DNA of 64,000 nucleotides from an uncultured Oscillospiraceae bacterium (GTDB lineage Bacteria; Bacillota; Clostridia; Oscillospirales; Oscillospiraceae): NCBI GenBank assembly GCA_900764755.1, contig CAAFPE010000046.1, positions 30,964 to 94,963 of the forward strand, read 5' to 3'. Shown piece by piece: positions 1 to 8,662 of this stretch (position 1 is its first letter; each line of letters starts with the position of its first letter). The notes under the pieces were generated by a model. It saw only the letters and a program-made list of their open reading frames with translations, ran no database searches and was not told where the DNA came from. The position numbers and the translations under genes were made by a program.

Positions 1-570
1 ATGAGGAGGTATCTTGAACAGAAAGGAAGTGAATCCATGAGCGAATTTATCGGAGATGTCGGCGGTTTGCTGTCTGCCAGAGCAGCAAGCTCACTGGGCG
101 GCGTACAGGTCACAAAGAAGGACAAGGGTAGTCTGGATATGACCGACTTCCTGACCCTGATGGTGACAGAGCTGACCAATCAGAGCATTGATCAGGCGGC
201 AGATACCTCTGATATGCTGAATCAGCTGGTGCAGATGCAGATGGTTCAGGCCCTTGTCAATATGACCGATGCCTCGGTAATGTCCTATGCAGCCTCATTG
301 GTGGGCAAGGAAGTGACTGTTGGTCAGTATGATTCCGAGGGAAACCTGGAGGAGGTTGTCGGTACTGTCACAGGGACAGGTACCTACAATGGGAATCAGG
401 TGGTATTTGTTGGAGATAAATACTATTTCCTCAGCGAGATCCTGGCGGTCGGCAGACTCCCTCAGGAGGTAGAAAAGCCTGACGGGACACAGCCTGACGG
501 TTCGCAGGATGGAAACGGCGGCGGACAGGAAGAAACTCCCCCCGTTGTGCCTGAGAAGCCGAAGGGATGA
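1..570 (+). CDS. flgD: flagellar hook assembly/capping protein FlgD (possibly 5'-partial at window edge)
   Basis: FlgD-like core (DFLTLMVTELTNQ...D) and C-terminal FLgD/Ig-like region; sits directly upstream of flgE. Confidence 0.75.
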   Translation: MRRYLEQKGSESMSEFIGDVGGLLSARAASSLGGVQVTKKDKGSLDMTDFLTLMVTELTNQSIDQAADTSDMLNQLVQMQMVQALVNMTDASVMSYAASLVGKEVTVGQYDSEGNLEEVVGTVTGTGTYNGNQVVFVGDKYYFLSEILAVGRLPQEVEKPDGTQPDGSQDGNGGGQEETPPVVPEKPKG

Positions 571-582
571 AGGTGATGCTGT

Positions 583-978
583 GTGATTGAGAAGCTATCC
601 GGACAGTATGGCGTCCGGCAATCCGCTCAGACTGGAATCCGCAGTGGGGCATCCGGCTGTGCCTTTGGCGCAGCGCTGCAGCAGGAGCTTGCCAGACAGG
701 CGGTTCAGGCAGTTCATCCACCGCAGGAGCTTGCATTCTCTAAGCACGCGATTTCCAGAGCAGAAGAGAGAGGCATTGAGATCACCCCAAGCTTGATCGA
801 TCAGATCAAAGGCAGCATGGTCAGGGCACAGGCAAAGGGAGCCACCAATATCCTGGCGGTAGATGCGGAGAAGGCATTTATCATCAACGTGCCCAATGCC
901 AAGGTTATCACAGCCATCACCCAGGATGAAATGAAAGACAGTGTGTTTACCAACATTGACGGCGCCGTGTTCCTGTAA
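583..978 (+). CDS. flagellar operon protein (TIGR02530-like) found between flgD and flgE in Clostridia
   Basis: GTG start 7 nt after an AGGTG RBS; 131 aa. The position between flgD and flgE matches the Clostridial 'flagellar operon protein' family. Confidence 0.5.
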   Translation: MIEKLSGQYGVRQSAQTGIRSGASGCAFGAALQQELARQAVQAVHPPQELAFSKHAISRAEERGIEITPSLIDQIKGSMVRAQAKGATNILAVDAEKAFIINVPNAKVITAITQDEMKDSVFTNIDGAVFL

Positions 979-1078
979 TACATACAGATGGCAGGACCGG
1001 TTTCGGAGGCCATTGCGCTTCGCCCGATTGGCGGAGCGCCGGCGGCGCCTGAGATCGAAAGGAGTCAGTTAAAACAAC

Positions 1079-2320
1079 ATGACCGGAGCAATGTATGCAG
1101 CAATTGCGGGCATGAAGACCCACATGAACAAGTTGAATGTGATCGGCAACAATGTGGCCAATGTCAATACCTCTGGTTACAAAGCGCAGCGGACGGTGTT
1201 CCGTGATGCACTGTATACCATGTATAGCAGTGGCTCAGACGGCACTGCGACCACTGGCGGAAAGAACCCCTCGCAGGTAGGATATGGTTCCTCTATTTCC
1301 AGCATTGATCTGAATATGACCACCAGCACCTACACACCAGGCAGACCCATGGACTGTATGCTGTACGGCGATGGCTTCTTCCTGGTGGGCAGTAAGGACG
1401 TGGCGAATGTGATCGATGCAAAAGATCCGAACAGCTTCAAGGGATTGACGCTCACCCGTGTGGGTGACTTTGAATTCAAGGCGGACGGCTATCTGACCGA
1501 CGGCAAGGGCAACCCAGTCTATGGCTTTATGACCGTTGGAACAGATGCAGACGGAAACCCCATTGTCAGCGACCAGCTGGTCCCCATTCGTCTGCCCCGG
1601 ATGGAAAAGACGGCAATAGACCCAGATACCGGGAAGCCAGCACAGCTTCCCTTGGATCCCAAAAAAGAATACGACTGGTCCTATACAGTACGTTACCCTG
1701 TGGCGGCAAAGACGGAAAATGGTGAGCAGATTACCGACCATACCGAGCTCTTGAAGCCTGATGTGGAATCAAGCCGTCTGGAGGACTACTGGCCTGTGGA
1801 TGAGAAGGGAGATCCGGTGGACAGCGATACCAATCCCCTGGCCTTTGCCCAGATCGACGGGCTGGAGATCGACCCCAAGTCCGGAAAGATCTCCGGCACC
1901 CTGAAGGACACTGATCAGGTCGTTACCATCGGATATTTGGCTGTGGGCAATGTGACCAACCCCAATGGTGTGAGCCATACGGGAGATTCCTACTACAAAT
2001 GCGGCAACGGCGCGGGCGATCTGCAGATCTCCATGCTGGGCGGTGCGGCTTCGACTATCAAGACTGTGGGGGGAGGTACACTCTCCCATGTCAATGGCAG
2101 TCTGGCAGAATTGGCACAAGACGAGGAACTGAGCAAAAAGTCGGAGATCACCAGCGCCGGCTCCACGGAACTGATTACCGGCGGACTGGAAGCCTCCAAT
2201 GTAGATTTGGCCACAGAGATTTCCGAGATGATTACCACCCAGCGCGGCTATCAGGCGAATACCCGTATTGTCACAGTGACTGATGCGATGCTGGAAGAGC
2301 TTGTGAATATGAAGCGCTGA
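1079..2320 (+). CDS. flgE: flagellar hook protein FlgE
   Basis: N-terminal rod/hook motif (VIGNNVANVNTSGYK) and C-terminal TQRGYQANTRIVTV motif typical of FlgE/Flg rod-hook proteins. Confidence 0.9.
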   Translation: MTGAMYAAIAGMKTHMNKLNVIGNNVANVNTSGYKAQRTVFRDALYTMYSSGSDGTATTGGKNPSQVGYGSSISSIDLNMTTSTYTPGRPMDCMLYGDGFFLVGSKDVANVIDAKDPNSFKGLTLTRVGDFEFKADGYLTDGKGNPVYGFMTVGTDADGNPIVSDQLVPIRLPRMEKTAIDPDTGKPAQLPLDPKKEYDWSYTVRYPVAAKTENGEQITDHTELLKPDVESSRLEDYWPVDEKGDPVDSDTNPLAFAQIDGLEIDPKSGKISGTLKDTDQVVTIGYLAVGNVTNPNGVSHTGDSYYKCGNGAGDLQISMLGGAASTIKTVGGGTLSHVNGSLAELAQDEELSKKSEITSAGSTELITGGLEASNVDLATEISEMITTQRGYQANTRIVTVTDAMLEELVNMKR

Positions 2321-2334
2321 CTGTGATGAATGAG

Positions 2335-2366
2335 GCCGGTCGGGGCGTTTTCACGCCCCGGCCGGC
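2335..2366 (+). other. GC-rich intercistronic stem-loop between flgE and flbD
   Basis: GCCGGTCGGGGCG / CGCCCCGGCCGGC inverted repeat (13 bp, one G-U wobble) with loop TTTTCA. No following U-tract, so it is more likely an RNA stability or processing hairpin than a terminator. Confidence 0.35.
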
Positions 2367-2384
2367 GACAAAAAGGTGGTTGCT

Positions 2385-2600
2385 ATGATCGTTTTGACAA
2401 AGCGGAATAATGAGAAGTTTCTGTTGAATCATTTGCAGATCGAGTGTATTGAGTGCATACCAGAAGCGAAAATCACCATGATGAATCATGATTATTACCT
2501 TGTCCGGGAGACTGTGGAAGAGATTGTCCAAAAAATTATGGACTATAATGCAAAGGTGCGGGATGTCTACCGGGAGATTACCATAGAAGACCTCAGATAG
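2385..2600 (+). CDS. flbD: flagellar protein FlbD
   Basis: About 70 aa with a MIVLTKRNNEKFLLN N-terminus, collinear with B. subtilis FlbD. ATG at 2385 follows an AAAAGGTGG RBS. Confidence 0.75.
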   Translation: MIVLTKRNNEKFLLNHLQIECIECIPEAKITMMNHDYYLVRETVEEIVQKIMDYNAKVRDVYREITIEDLR

Positions 2601-2675
2601 CATAAAATGTATCTTTTCTAAATAAATAAACCAGAAGCAGGGCGTCCGCCCAGCTGGAGGGGGAATGACTGATAT

Positions 2676-3548
2676 ATGAACTTGAATTATATCATAGGTG
2701 TTCTTGGCGCCATTGTTGTTTGCCTGATCGGTATGGTGACGAGCATAAAGCTGGGAGCGGCGAATCCAATCAATGTCAATTTTGAAAAGCTCATCAACTT
2801 CCTTGACCCGGCCAGTATTCTGATCACAATCGGGTGTACTATTTTTATCGTGGTGGCCAGCTTTCCCAGCAAGATGCTCAAGGCGATGCCCAAACATTTT
2901 AAGATCATACTCAATAACAAGATGTTTGACCCGGTGCAGTATATCGACCAGCTGGTAGAACTGGCACAGATCGCCCGGAAGAATGGCCTGCTTTCCCTGG
3001 AGGAGAAGGCGAACGAACAGACGGACCCCTTCTTCAAGCAGGCGATCATGCTGATCGTTGACGCTTACGACCAGGATAAGATCCGAAGCATTTTGGAAAA
3101 TGACATTGAGTGTATGTCTGCCAGACATGAGGACGCGGCCGCTATGTATGATAAAGCATCCTCTGTGGCGCCGGCGTTTGGTATGATCGGGACCTTGGTG
3201 GGTCTGATCAATATGCTTAAGGGAATGGATCTGAGCAGTGGCTCCTCGAATATCGGATCAGATATGGGTACCGCGCTTGTTACCACCCTGTATGGCTGTA
3301 TTCTGGCCCACATGGTCTTTGGCCCCATCGCTACCCAGCTGCGGAACCGGGACGAGGAAGAGGTCCTGTGTAAGATGATCATCGTGGAGGGCGTGATGTC
3401 GATCCAGGCGGGAGAAAATCCCAAGTTCCTGCGGGAACGGCTGCTGACCTACATGGCACAGAAGCAGCGTGAGCTGGGTGGTGAGGACGGACAGGAAAGA
3501 CAGACCAACAAGGATGGAAAGAGAGCAAGAAAAGGCAAAAAAGAGTGA
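2676..3548 (+). CDS. motA: flagellar motor stator protein MotA
   Basis: Four-TM MotA/TolQ/ExbB-like profile and conserved C-terminal plug/TM3-4 region (GTALVTTLYG). Confidence 0.85.
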   Translation: MNLNYIIGVLGAIVVCLIGMVTSIKLGAANPINVNFEKLINFLDPASILITIGCTIFIVVASFPSKMLKAMPKHFKIILNNKMFDPVQYIDQLVELAQIARKNGLLSLEEKANEQTDPFFKQAIMLIVDAYDQDKIRSILENDIECMSARHEDAAAMYDKASSVAPAFGMIGTLVGLINMLKGMDLSSGSSNIGSDMGTALVTTLYGCILAHMVFGPIATQLRNRDEEEVLCKMIIVEGVMSIQAGENPKFLRERLLTYMAQKQRELGGEDGQERQTNKDGKRARKGKKE

Positions 3549-3568
3549 TCAGGAGAAGGTGAGCGGAC

Positions 3569-4318
3569 ATGAAAAAAAGGAAAAGAGGTGGAGGCGGAGC
3601 CAACTGGATGGACACCTATGGTGACATGGTGACGCTTCTTCTATGCTTCTTTGTGCTGCTTTACTCCATGTCCACCATTAGTGAGGAAAACTGGAAGGCG
3701 CTGGTCATGAGTTTCAATCCGGAGGCGGTAGAGACATTTACTGCTACACCTGGAGGAGATGGTCCGGATGCAGAGGCCGATGAGGCTGGTGGGCAAATGA
3801 AGATAGACGCTGAGATGGAAACACTTTATCAGGAACTGTCGGAATATATTGAACGACAGGAACTGCAAAACAATATTTCCGTCACCAAAGACGGGGGGCG
3901 CATTTTCATTTCCTTCAGTCAGGTTGTGTTCTTTGATGGGGACAGCCCAGTTTTGAAAAAAGAAGCGGAGCCAGTCCTGGATGAACTGTGCCTACTGTTT
4001 GATGAGGTAAAAGAGTCTATTGATGAGCTGCGGGTTCTGGGTCACACGGCGCAGGAGTATCCAAATAAACCTAATCGTGTTCGGGCGGACCGCACACTGG
4101 CAAGTATGCGGGCGACCAACGTAGTGATTTATCTTCAGGAACACAGCACTATGGATCCTGCAAAGCTGGTGAGCGAGGGACTTGGACAGTGGCGGCCTGT
4201 GGACACCAATGAGACTTCGGAGGGCCGGGCGAGAAACCGGCGCGTGGAAATGATCGTGAGCGGGCGCAATCTGGAGCAGGAGCTTCAGAGTGATATAGCC
4301 CATTTTGAGACTACATGA
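3569..4318 (+). CDS. motB: flagellar motor protein MotB (OmpA-like peptidoglycan-binding domain)
   Basis: N-terminal TM with conserved Asp (MVTLLLCFFVLLYSMS) and C-terminal OmpA-like domain (NRRVEM). Confidence 0.85.
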   Translation: MKKRKRGGGGANWMDTYGDMVTLLLCFFVLLYSMSTISEENWKALVMSFNPEAVETFTATPGGDGPDAEADEAGGQMKIDAEMETLYQELSEYIERQELQNNISVTKDGGRIFISFSQVVFFDGDSPVLKKEAEPVLDELCLLFDEVKESIDELRVLGHTAQEYPNKPNRVRADRTLASMRATNVVIYLQEHSTMDPAKLVSEGLGQWRPVDTNETSEGRARNRRVEMIVSGRNLEQELQSDIAHFETT

Positions 4319-4393
4319 GGTATTCACGTGTAGTGCGGGATGCGCTCCCAGCTTAATGGTACGGCGCATCGATTGAGCGTGTGAGGAACTTAT

Positions 4394-5398
4394 ATGGCAG
4401 AAGTATTATCACAAAGTCAAATAGATGCTTTACTGAGCGCGGTTCGCAGCGGAGAAAAAGATGTGAACGCGCAGACCGAGGAGCAGCAGGAGAAGAAATT
4501 CCGAAAGTACGATTTCAGCAGTCCAAGGAAGTTTACCAGGGACCGGATCAAAATGCTGAACGGTATTTTCGATAATTACTCCCGGATCATCAATTCCCGG
4601 CTGAACGCTCGGCTGCGCGCCAACTGTGAGATTACCGTGGAGAGCATTGAGGAGCAGCGCTATTACGAGTTCTCGAACGCTTTGACGGAGGGGGACGTGC
4701 TGGCTCTGATCGATGTGGCAATCAAGGGGAAAAACGAAGACACCCCAGCAATGCTGTATCTTTCCACAACGACAGCGCTGAGTATGATGGACCGAATGCT
4801 TGGCGGTGACGGAGCGATGGATGATACCATTGAGACCGATTACAGCTACACGGATTTGGAACTGCGGCTGTATGAGGAACTGGTACGGGACATGATCTCC
4901 GTAATGGGAGGAAGCTGGGAGAACTACATTTCCATTCAATTTTCTTACAACAGAACTGACATCAATCCGACTTTGAGTCAGATCATCGGGTTAGATGAGA
5001 TTGTAATTATTGTTGATATGAAGATGCAGTTCAGCAACATCTCCGGTAGAATGAGCATCTGTCTGCCGGGAGAGATTCTCACCAATATTTTTGCTGAGAT
5101 CAGCCGGGAAAGCCCTGTGCGAAGAGCGGCGTTGGAAAGCAAGTCCAATGAAATTTTTGACAGCCTGCGTGACTCACGACTTGAGATTGTATCGATTTTA
5201 GGGGAAACGCGGCTTTCATTAAACGACATTTACCACTTGAATGTAGGGGACGTAATTGATCTGGGGCGTTCCAAGGAATCCTCAATTTACCTGGACATCG
5301 GCGGCTATCACTGGTTTGCCGGCAGAATGGGAACCCACAAAAAAAATATAGCGGTCAGGATTGATGAGGTACTCGATCAGGCCGAAGAAAAGGAGTGA
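4394..5398 (+). CDS. fliM: flagellar motor switch protein FliM
   Basis: N-terminal CheY-P docking motif LSQSQIDALL, followed by a FliM middle domain and a SpoA-like C-terminus. Confidence 0.9.
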   Translation: MAEVLSQSQIDALLSAVRSGEKDVNAQTEEQQEKKFRKYDFSSPRKFTRDRIKMLNGIFDNYSRIINSRLNARLRANCEITVESIEEQRYYEFSNALTEGDVLALIDVAIKGKNEDTPAMLYLSTTTALSMMDRMLGGDGAMDDTIETDYSYTDLELRLYEELVRDMISVMGGSWENYISIQFSYNRTDINPTLSQIIGLDEIVIIVDMKMQFSNISGRMSICLPGEILTNIFAEISRESPVRRAALESKSNEIFDSLRDSRLEIVSILGETRLSLNDIYHLNVGDVIDLGRSKESSIYLDIGGYHWFAGRMGTHKKNIAVRIDEVLDQAEEKE

Positions 5399-5408
5399 AT
5401 AGGCGGGC

Positions 5409-6875
5409 ATGGAGAAAAAACTGTTCAGCCCGATGGAGATTGACGCCATCGGGGAGATGATGAATATCAGCCTTGGCTCCTCGGCTACAGCGGTTTCCAA
5501 TATGCTGGACCACAGGGTGGATATTACAACGCCGCAGGTAACGGTGGTGGATGTCGCGAATTTTTCCATCGGCAATCTGGAGCCGGCCATGGGCGTTGAG
5601 ATCAAGTATGTGGAGGGGCTGGAGGGCTCTAATATTATGTTGCTGCGGCGCAGCGACATTAAAGTGATTGTCGATATTCTCATGGGCGCGGAAACGCCGG
5701 ACGAGGAATTTGAACTCAATGAATTGACCGTCAGCGCTGTCTGTGAGGTCATGAATCAGATGATGGGTGCGGCATCTACGGCATTGTCGGATTTTCTTGG
5801 ATTCCCGGTCAATATCTCCACACCGACACCTTTTGAACTGGAAAATCTGGACGAGTTTAAAGAGGCGCATCTGCCGCAGGGTGCTGACACGGTTGTAGTT
5901 GTGCGGTTTTCTCTGAAAATCGAGAATACGCTGGAGAGCGAGTTCATGAATGTCATGAGCGTATCGCTTGCTAAGGAACTGCTGCAGGCGCTGGGGCTGG
6001 GCGATGAAGATGGTGAGGAAAATAGTGATGCCGTTTCCGCACCCTCCAGCAGTTCTAAAACGGAAGATGCTGGCAGCAGACAGCTGAGTCAGGCGGAAAT
6101 TGAGAAGCTTCTGGCGGCCAATGCAGGAGGAGCACAGCAGTCCGAAGCACCAGAAATCAACCAGCCGCAGACTGACAGCAGCAGACAGCTGAGCCAGGAG
6201 GAAAGCGAGAGGCTGATGGCAACCAATCGCAATGGTGAACAGCCTTCGACCGGTTTGGAGTCGTCGAAACAGACAGAGGCGGGCGGCAGCCGGCAGCTGA
6301 GCCAGGAAGAAATCGAGAAGCTGATGACTGGCGGCACAGCGGCATCTCCTCAACAGACATCGGCCAACATACCGATGCCGCAGGCAGCCGCACCTCAGTT
6401 GGGCTATCCGTTTTCTCCCGCGTCCGAGCAGGGAGGGTTCCTGCCTGATGCAGGGAGGATGGGTTATCCGCCACCGTATTATCCGCCCTATCCGTATCCG
6501 TACCCCTATCCGCCCCAGCAGCCGGCTCAGCAGCCAGATTCGAAGGTGATAGCAGCTAAGCCGGTCCCCATGCCGGAAATGGATGCACGGGAATCGTTGG
6601 GCAAAGAGCAGGCACAGAATCTGGATCTGATCATGGAGGTTCCTGTTCAGGTGACTGTGGAGATCGGGCGTACGCAGCGTAAGGTTCAGGATATTCTGGA
6701 GTTTAATAAGGGATCGCTTGTGGTGCTGGATAAGCTGGCGGGCGATCAGGTGGATCTGTTTGTAAATGGAAAATGTATCGCGAAAGGTGATGTTGTGGTG
6801 ATCGACGATAACTTTGGCGTTCGTATTACGGAAATCGTTCAAAAGTATGATGAGGATAAAAAGTCAAAAAAGTGA
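5409..6875 (+). CDS. fliY: flagellar motor switch phosphatase FliY (CheC-like N-domain plus FliN/SpoA C-domain) with an unusual repeat-bearing linker
   Basis: The N-terminus (EIDAIGEMMNISLGSSATA) matches the CheC-like domain of B. subtilis FliY. The C-terminus (RTQRKVQDILEFNKGSLVVLDKLAG...) is FliN-like. The internal linker holds three LSQxEIEKL repeats and a YPYPYP tract. Confidence 0.85.
   Translation: MEKKLFSPMEIDAIGEMMNISLGSSATAVSNMLDHRVDITTPQVTVVDVANFSIGNLEPAMGVEIKYVEGLEGSNIMLLRRSDIKVIVDILMGAETPDEEFELNELTVSAVCEVMNQMMGAASTALSDFLGFPVNISTPTPFELENLDEFKEAHLPQGADTVVVVRFSLKIENTLESEFMNVMSVSLAKELLQALGLGDEDGEENSDAVSAPSSSSKTEDAGSRQLSQAEIEKLLAANAGGAQQSEAPEINQPQTDSSRQLSQEESERLMATNRNGEQPSTGLESSKQTEAGGSRQLSQEEIEKLMTGGTAASPQQTSANIPMPQAAAPQLGYPFSPASEQGGFLPDAGRMGYPPPYYPPYPYPYPYPPQQPAQQPDSKVIAAKPVPMPEMDARESLGKEQAQNLDLIMEVPVQVTVEIGRTQRKVQDILEFNKGSLVVLDKLAGDQVDLFVNGKCIAKGDVVVIDDNFGVRITEIVQKYDEDKKSKK
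6060..6335 (+). repeat. three tandem ~108-nt coding repeats inside fliY, each encoding SRQLSQ(A/E)E(I/S)E(K/R)L(L/M)
   Basis: CAGACAGCTGAG(T/C)CAGG... recurs at about 6075, 6181 and 6291. The peptide resembles the FliM/FliY N-terminal CheY-P binding motif LSQxEIDALL. Confidence 0.8.
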
Positions 6876-6901
6876 CTGACACAACAAGCTAAGGCGGATA
6901 C

Positions 6902-6909
6902 GCCGATAT
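6902..6909 (+). promoter_or_regulatory. exact sigma-28/sigD-type -10 element GCCGATAT upstream of cheY (internal operon promoter candidate)
   Basis: GCCGATAT lies 28 nt upstream of the cheY ATG with an AAAAAGGATGG RBS in between. No good TAAA -35 at N15, so support is weak. Confidence 0.3.
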
Positions 6910-6937
6910 AAAACAGCTAAAAAGGATGGTTATAAGA

Positions 6938-7306
6938 ATGGGTAAGAAAATATTGCTGGTCGATGACGCTGCATTTATGCGGAAGATGATCAAGGATACC
7001 TTGAGTAAGAATGGATACACAGAACTGTTCGAGGCAGTGGATGGGGCGGATGCCGTTGAGAAGTATAGTGAGATCCATCCTGACCTTGTCATCATGGACA
7101 TTACGATGCCGAATATGGATGGTCTGGAGGCTTTAAAAGCCATTCGAGGGAAAGATGGGGACGCCAACGTTGTGATGTGTTCCGCCATGGGTCAGGAAAG
7201 CATGGTCATGGATGCGGTCAGATCAGGCGCCAAGGATTTTATTGTTAAGCCGTTTAAGCCGGATCGTGTTCTGAAAACAGTAAACACCATTCTTGGCACA
7301 TCCTGA
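6938..7306 (+). CDS. cheY: chemotaxis response regulator CheY
   Basis: Single REC domain: KILLVDDAAFMR, the MDITMPNMDG phosphorylation-site region, and a KDFIVKPF C-terminus. Confidence 0.9.
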   Translation: MGKKILLVDDAAFMRKMIKDTLSKNGYTELFEAVDGADAVEKYSEIHPDLVIMDITMPNMDGLEALKAIRGKDGDANVVMCSAMGQESMVMDAVRSGAKDFIVKPFKPDRVLKTVNTILGTS

Positions 7307-7312
7307 TTTCAC

Positions 7313-7690
7313 ATGAACAGAGAGGATATAGCTGCACTGCTCTGGCTTCTTGTCAGCGTGATTGTCATACTCGGTCTTGCATATTGGGTTACAAAACATC
7401 TTGCCGGGGGAGGTATGCTTGGCAATTTGGGTACAGCCGGTATGTGGAGGAAGATCGAAATATTGGCTCGTCTGCCGCTTGGAAAAGGGCAGTCGCTTCT
7501 TGTTGTACGAACGGGCAGTCGCTGTTTTTTCCTCGGTGTGGCGCAGAATGATATTTCTGTATTGGCAGAATTTACGGAGGCAGATCTGGAGTCCTGGAAC
7601 AAAGAGCCGACTGATCGTCAGGGAGGGGCTGGAAGTGACTTTCTCCGCATCCTGCACGACAAAATGACCGGTAACAACGAACGGAGGTGA
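7313..7690 (+). CDS. flagellar biosynthesis protein FliO/FliZ-like (single TM)
   Basis: 125 aa with one N-terminal TM helix. Its position between cheY and fliP matches B. subtilis fliZ/fliO. Confidence 0.55.
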   Translation: MNREDIAALLWLLVSVIVILGLAYWVTKHLAGGGMLGNLGTAGMWRKIEILARLPLGKGQSLLVVRTGSRCFFLGVAQNDISVLAEFTEADLESWNKEPTDRQGGAGSDFLRILHDKMTGNNERR

Positions 7691-7697
7691 GCGGGTA

Positions 7698-8369
7698 TTG
7701 TTGGACGGACTGATCAATGTCAACGGAGACAGTGTTCAGACATTGGAGATCATATTTCTCACAACTATGATTACACTGCTTCCCTCCTTGATTGTTATGA
7801 TGACATCTTTTACAAGGTATGTCATTTCTTTTTCGTTCCTTCGTTCAGCTCTTGGTACCCAGCAGACGCCTCCCAATCTTGTTCTGATCGGGATCGCACT
7901 GTTTTTGACGCTGTTTACCATGAGTCCCACGGTCACACAGATCCAGACGGAAGCCTATGAGCCGTATGTGTCGGAAGAAATTACTCAGGAAGAGTTTTTT
8001 GACCGGGCGCAGGTTCCTCTGAAAGAGTTCATGATCCGGAACACAAAAATACCAACATTGGAAATGTTCTGTGATTTGGCGAAGGAAGACGTTCCTGAAA
8101 AAATTGATGAAGCTACTGCGATGGAGTTGCCGCTTCGTATCCTTGTCCCATCATTTATAACCTGTGAACTTCAGAGAGCGTTTTTGATTGGTCTGCTTCT
8201 TTACATCCCGTTTATGTTGATCGACATTGTTGTGTCATCCACACTGATGTCGATGGGCATGATTATGCTGCCGCCGTCCATGATCTCAATGCCATTTAAG
8301 CTTCTTTTGTTTGTGACAGTGAATGGGTGGGAGCTATTATTTTCGAGCTTGGTACGAAGTTTTAATTAG
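7698..8369 (+). CDS. fliP: flagellar export apparatus protein FliP
   Basis: Conserved FliP motifs (FTRYVISFSFLRSALGTQQTPPN, MGMIMLPP). TTG start. Confidence 0.9.
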   Translation: MLDGLINVNGDSVQTLEIIFLTTMITLLPSLIVMMTSFTRYVISFSFLRSALGTQQTPPNLVLIGIALFLTLFTMSPTVTQIQTEAYEPYVSEEITQEEFFDRAQVPLKEFMIRNTKIPTLEMFCDLAKEDVPEKIDEATAMELPLRILVPSFITCELQRAFLIGLLLYIPFMLIDIVVSSTLMSMGMIMLPPSMISMPFKLLLFVTVNGWELLFSSLVRSFN

Positions 8370-8380
8370 CAGGAGGCTGA

Positions 8381-8644
8381 GTGATGGATACTGTCCAGGT
8401 GTCTGATATAATGCGAGAGGCAGTCGGCATCGCAATTAAACTCGGCAGTCCAATGCTGCTTTTGAGTATGCTGGTTGGTATGGTAGTGGCAGTTCTCCAG
8501 GCAGTTACACAGATCCATGAACAGACAATTTCGTTTATATTAAAGCTGATCGTCGTGGTTTTGGTGCTTCTGGTTGGGGGAGGCTGGATGTTAGAAACAC
8601 TTCAGGACTATACGCGGCAGATATTTGCGATCATTGCTTCGTGA
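8381..8644 (+). CDS. fliQ: flagellar export apparatus protein FliQ
   Basis: About 87 aa, two TM helices, FliQ family. Confidence 0.85.
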   Translation: MMDTVQVSDIMREAVGIAIKLGSPMLLLSMLVGMVVAVLQAVTQIHEQTISFILKLIVVVLVLLVGGGWMLETLQDYTRQIFAIIAS

Positions 8645-8662
8645 CGGGAGGAGTGGGTATAG

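Noticed and set aside
2271-3128. 285-aa minus-strand ORF antisense to motA/flbD
   Set aside because: Antisense to the conserved motA. No domain similarity, and the protein is Leu/His-rich and of biased composition.
5355-6842. 495-aa minus-strand ORF antisense to fliY
   Set aside because: It overlaps a well-supported fliY gene. The product is Arg/Leu/Cys-rich with no motifs, and it is created by the repetitive GC-rich fliY linker.
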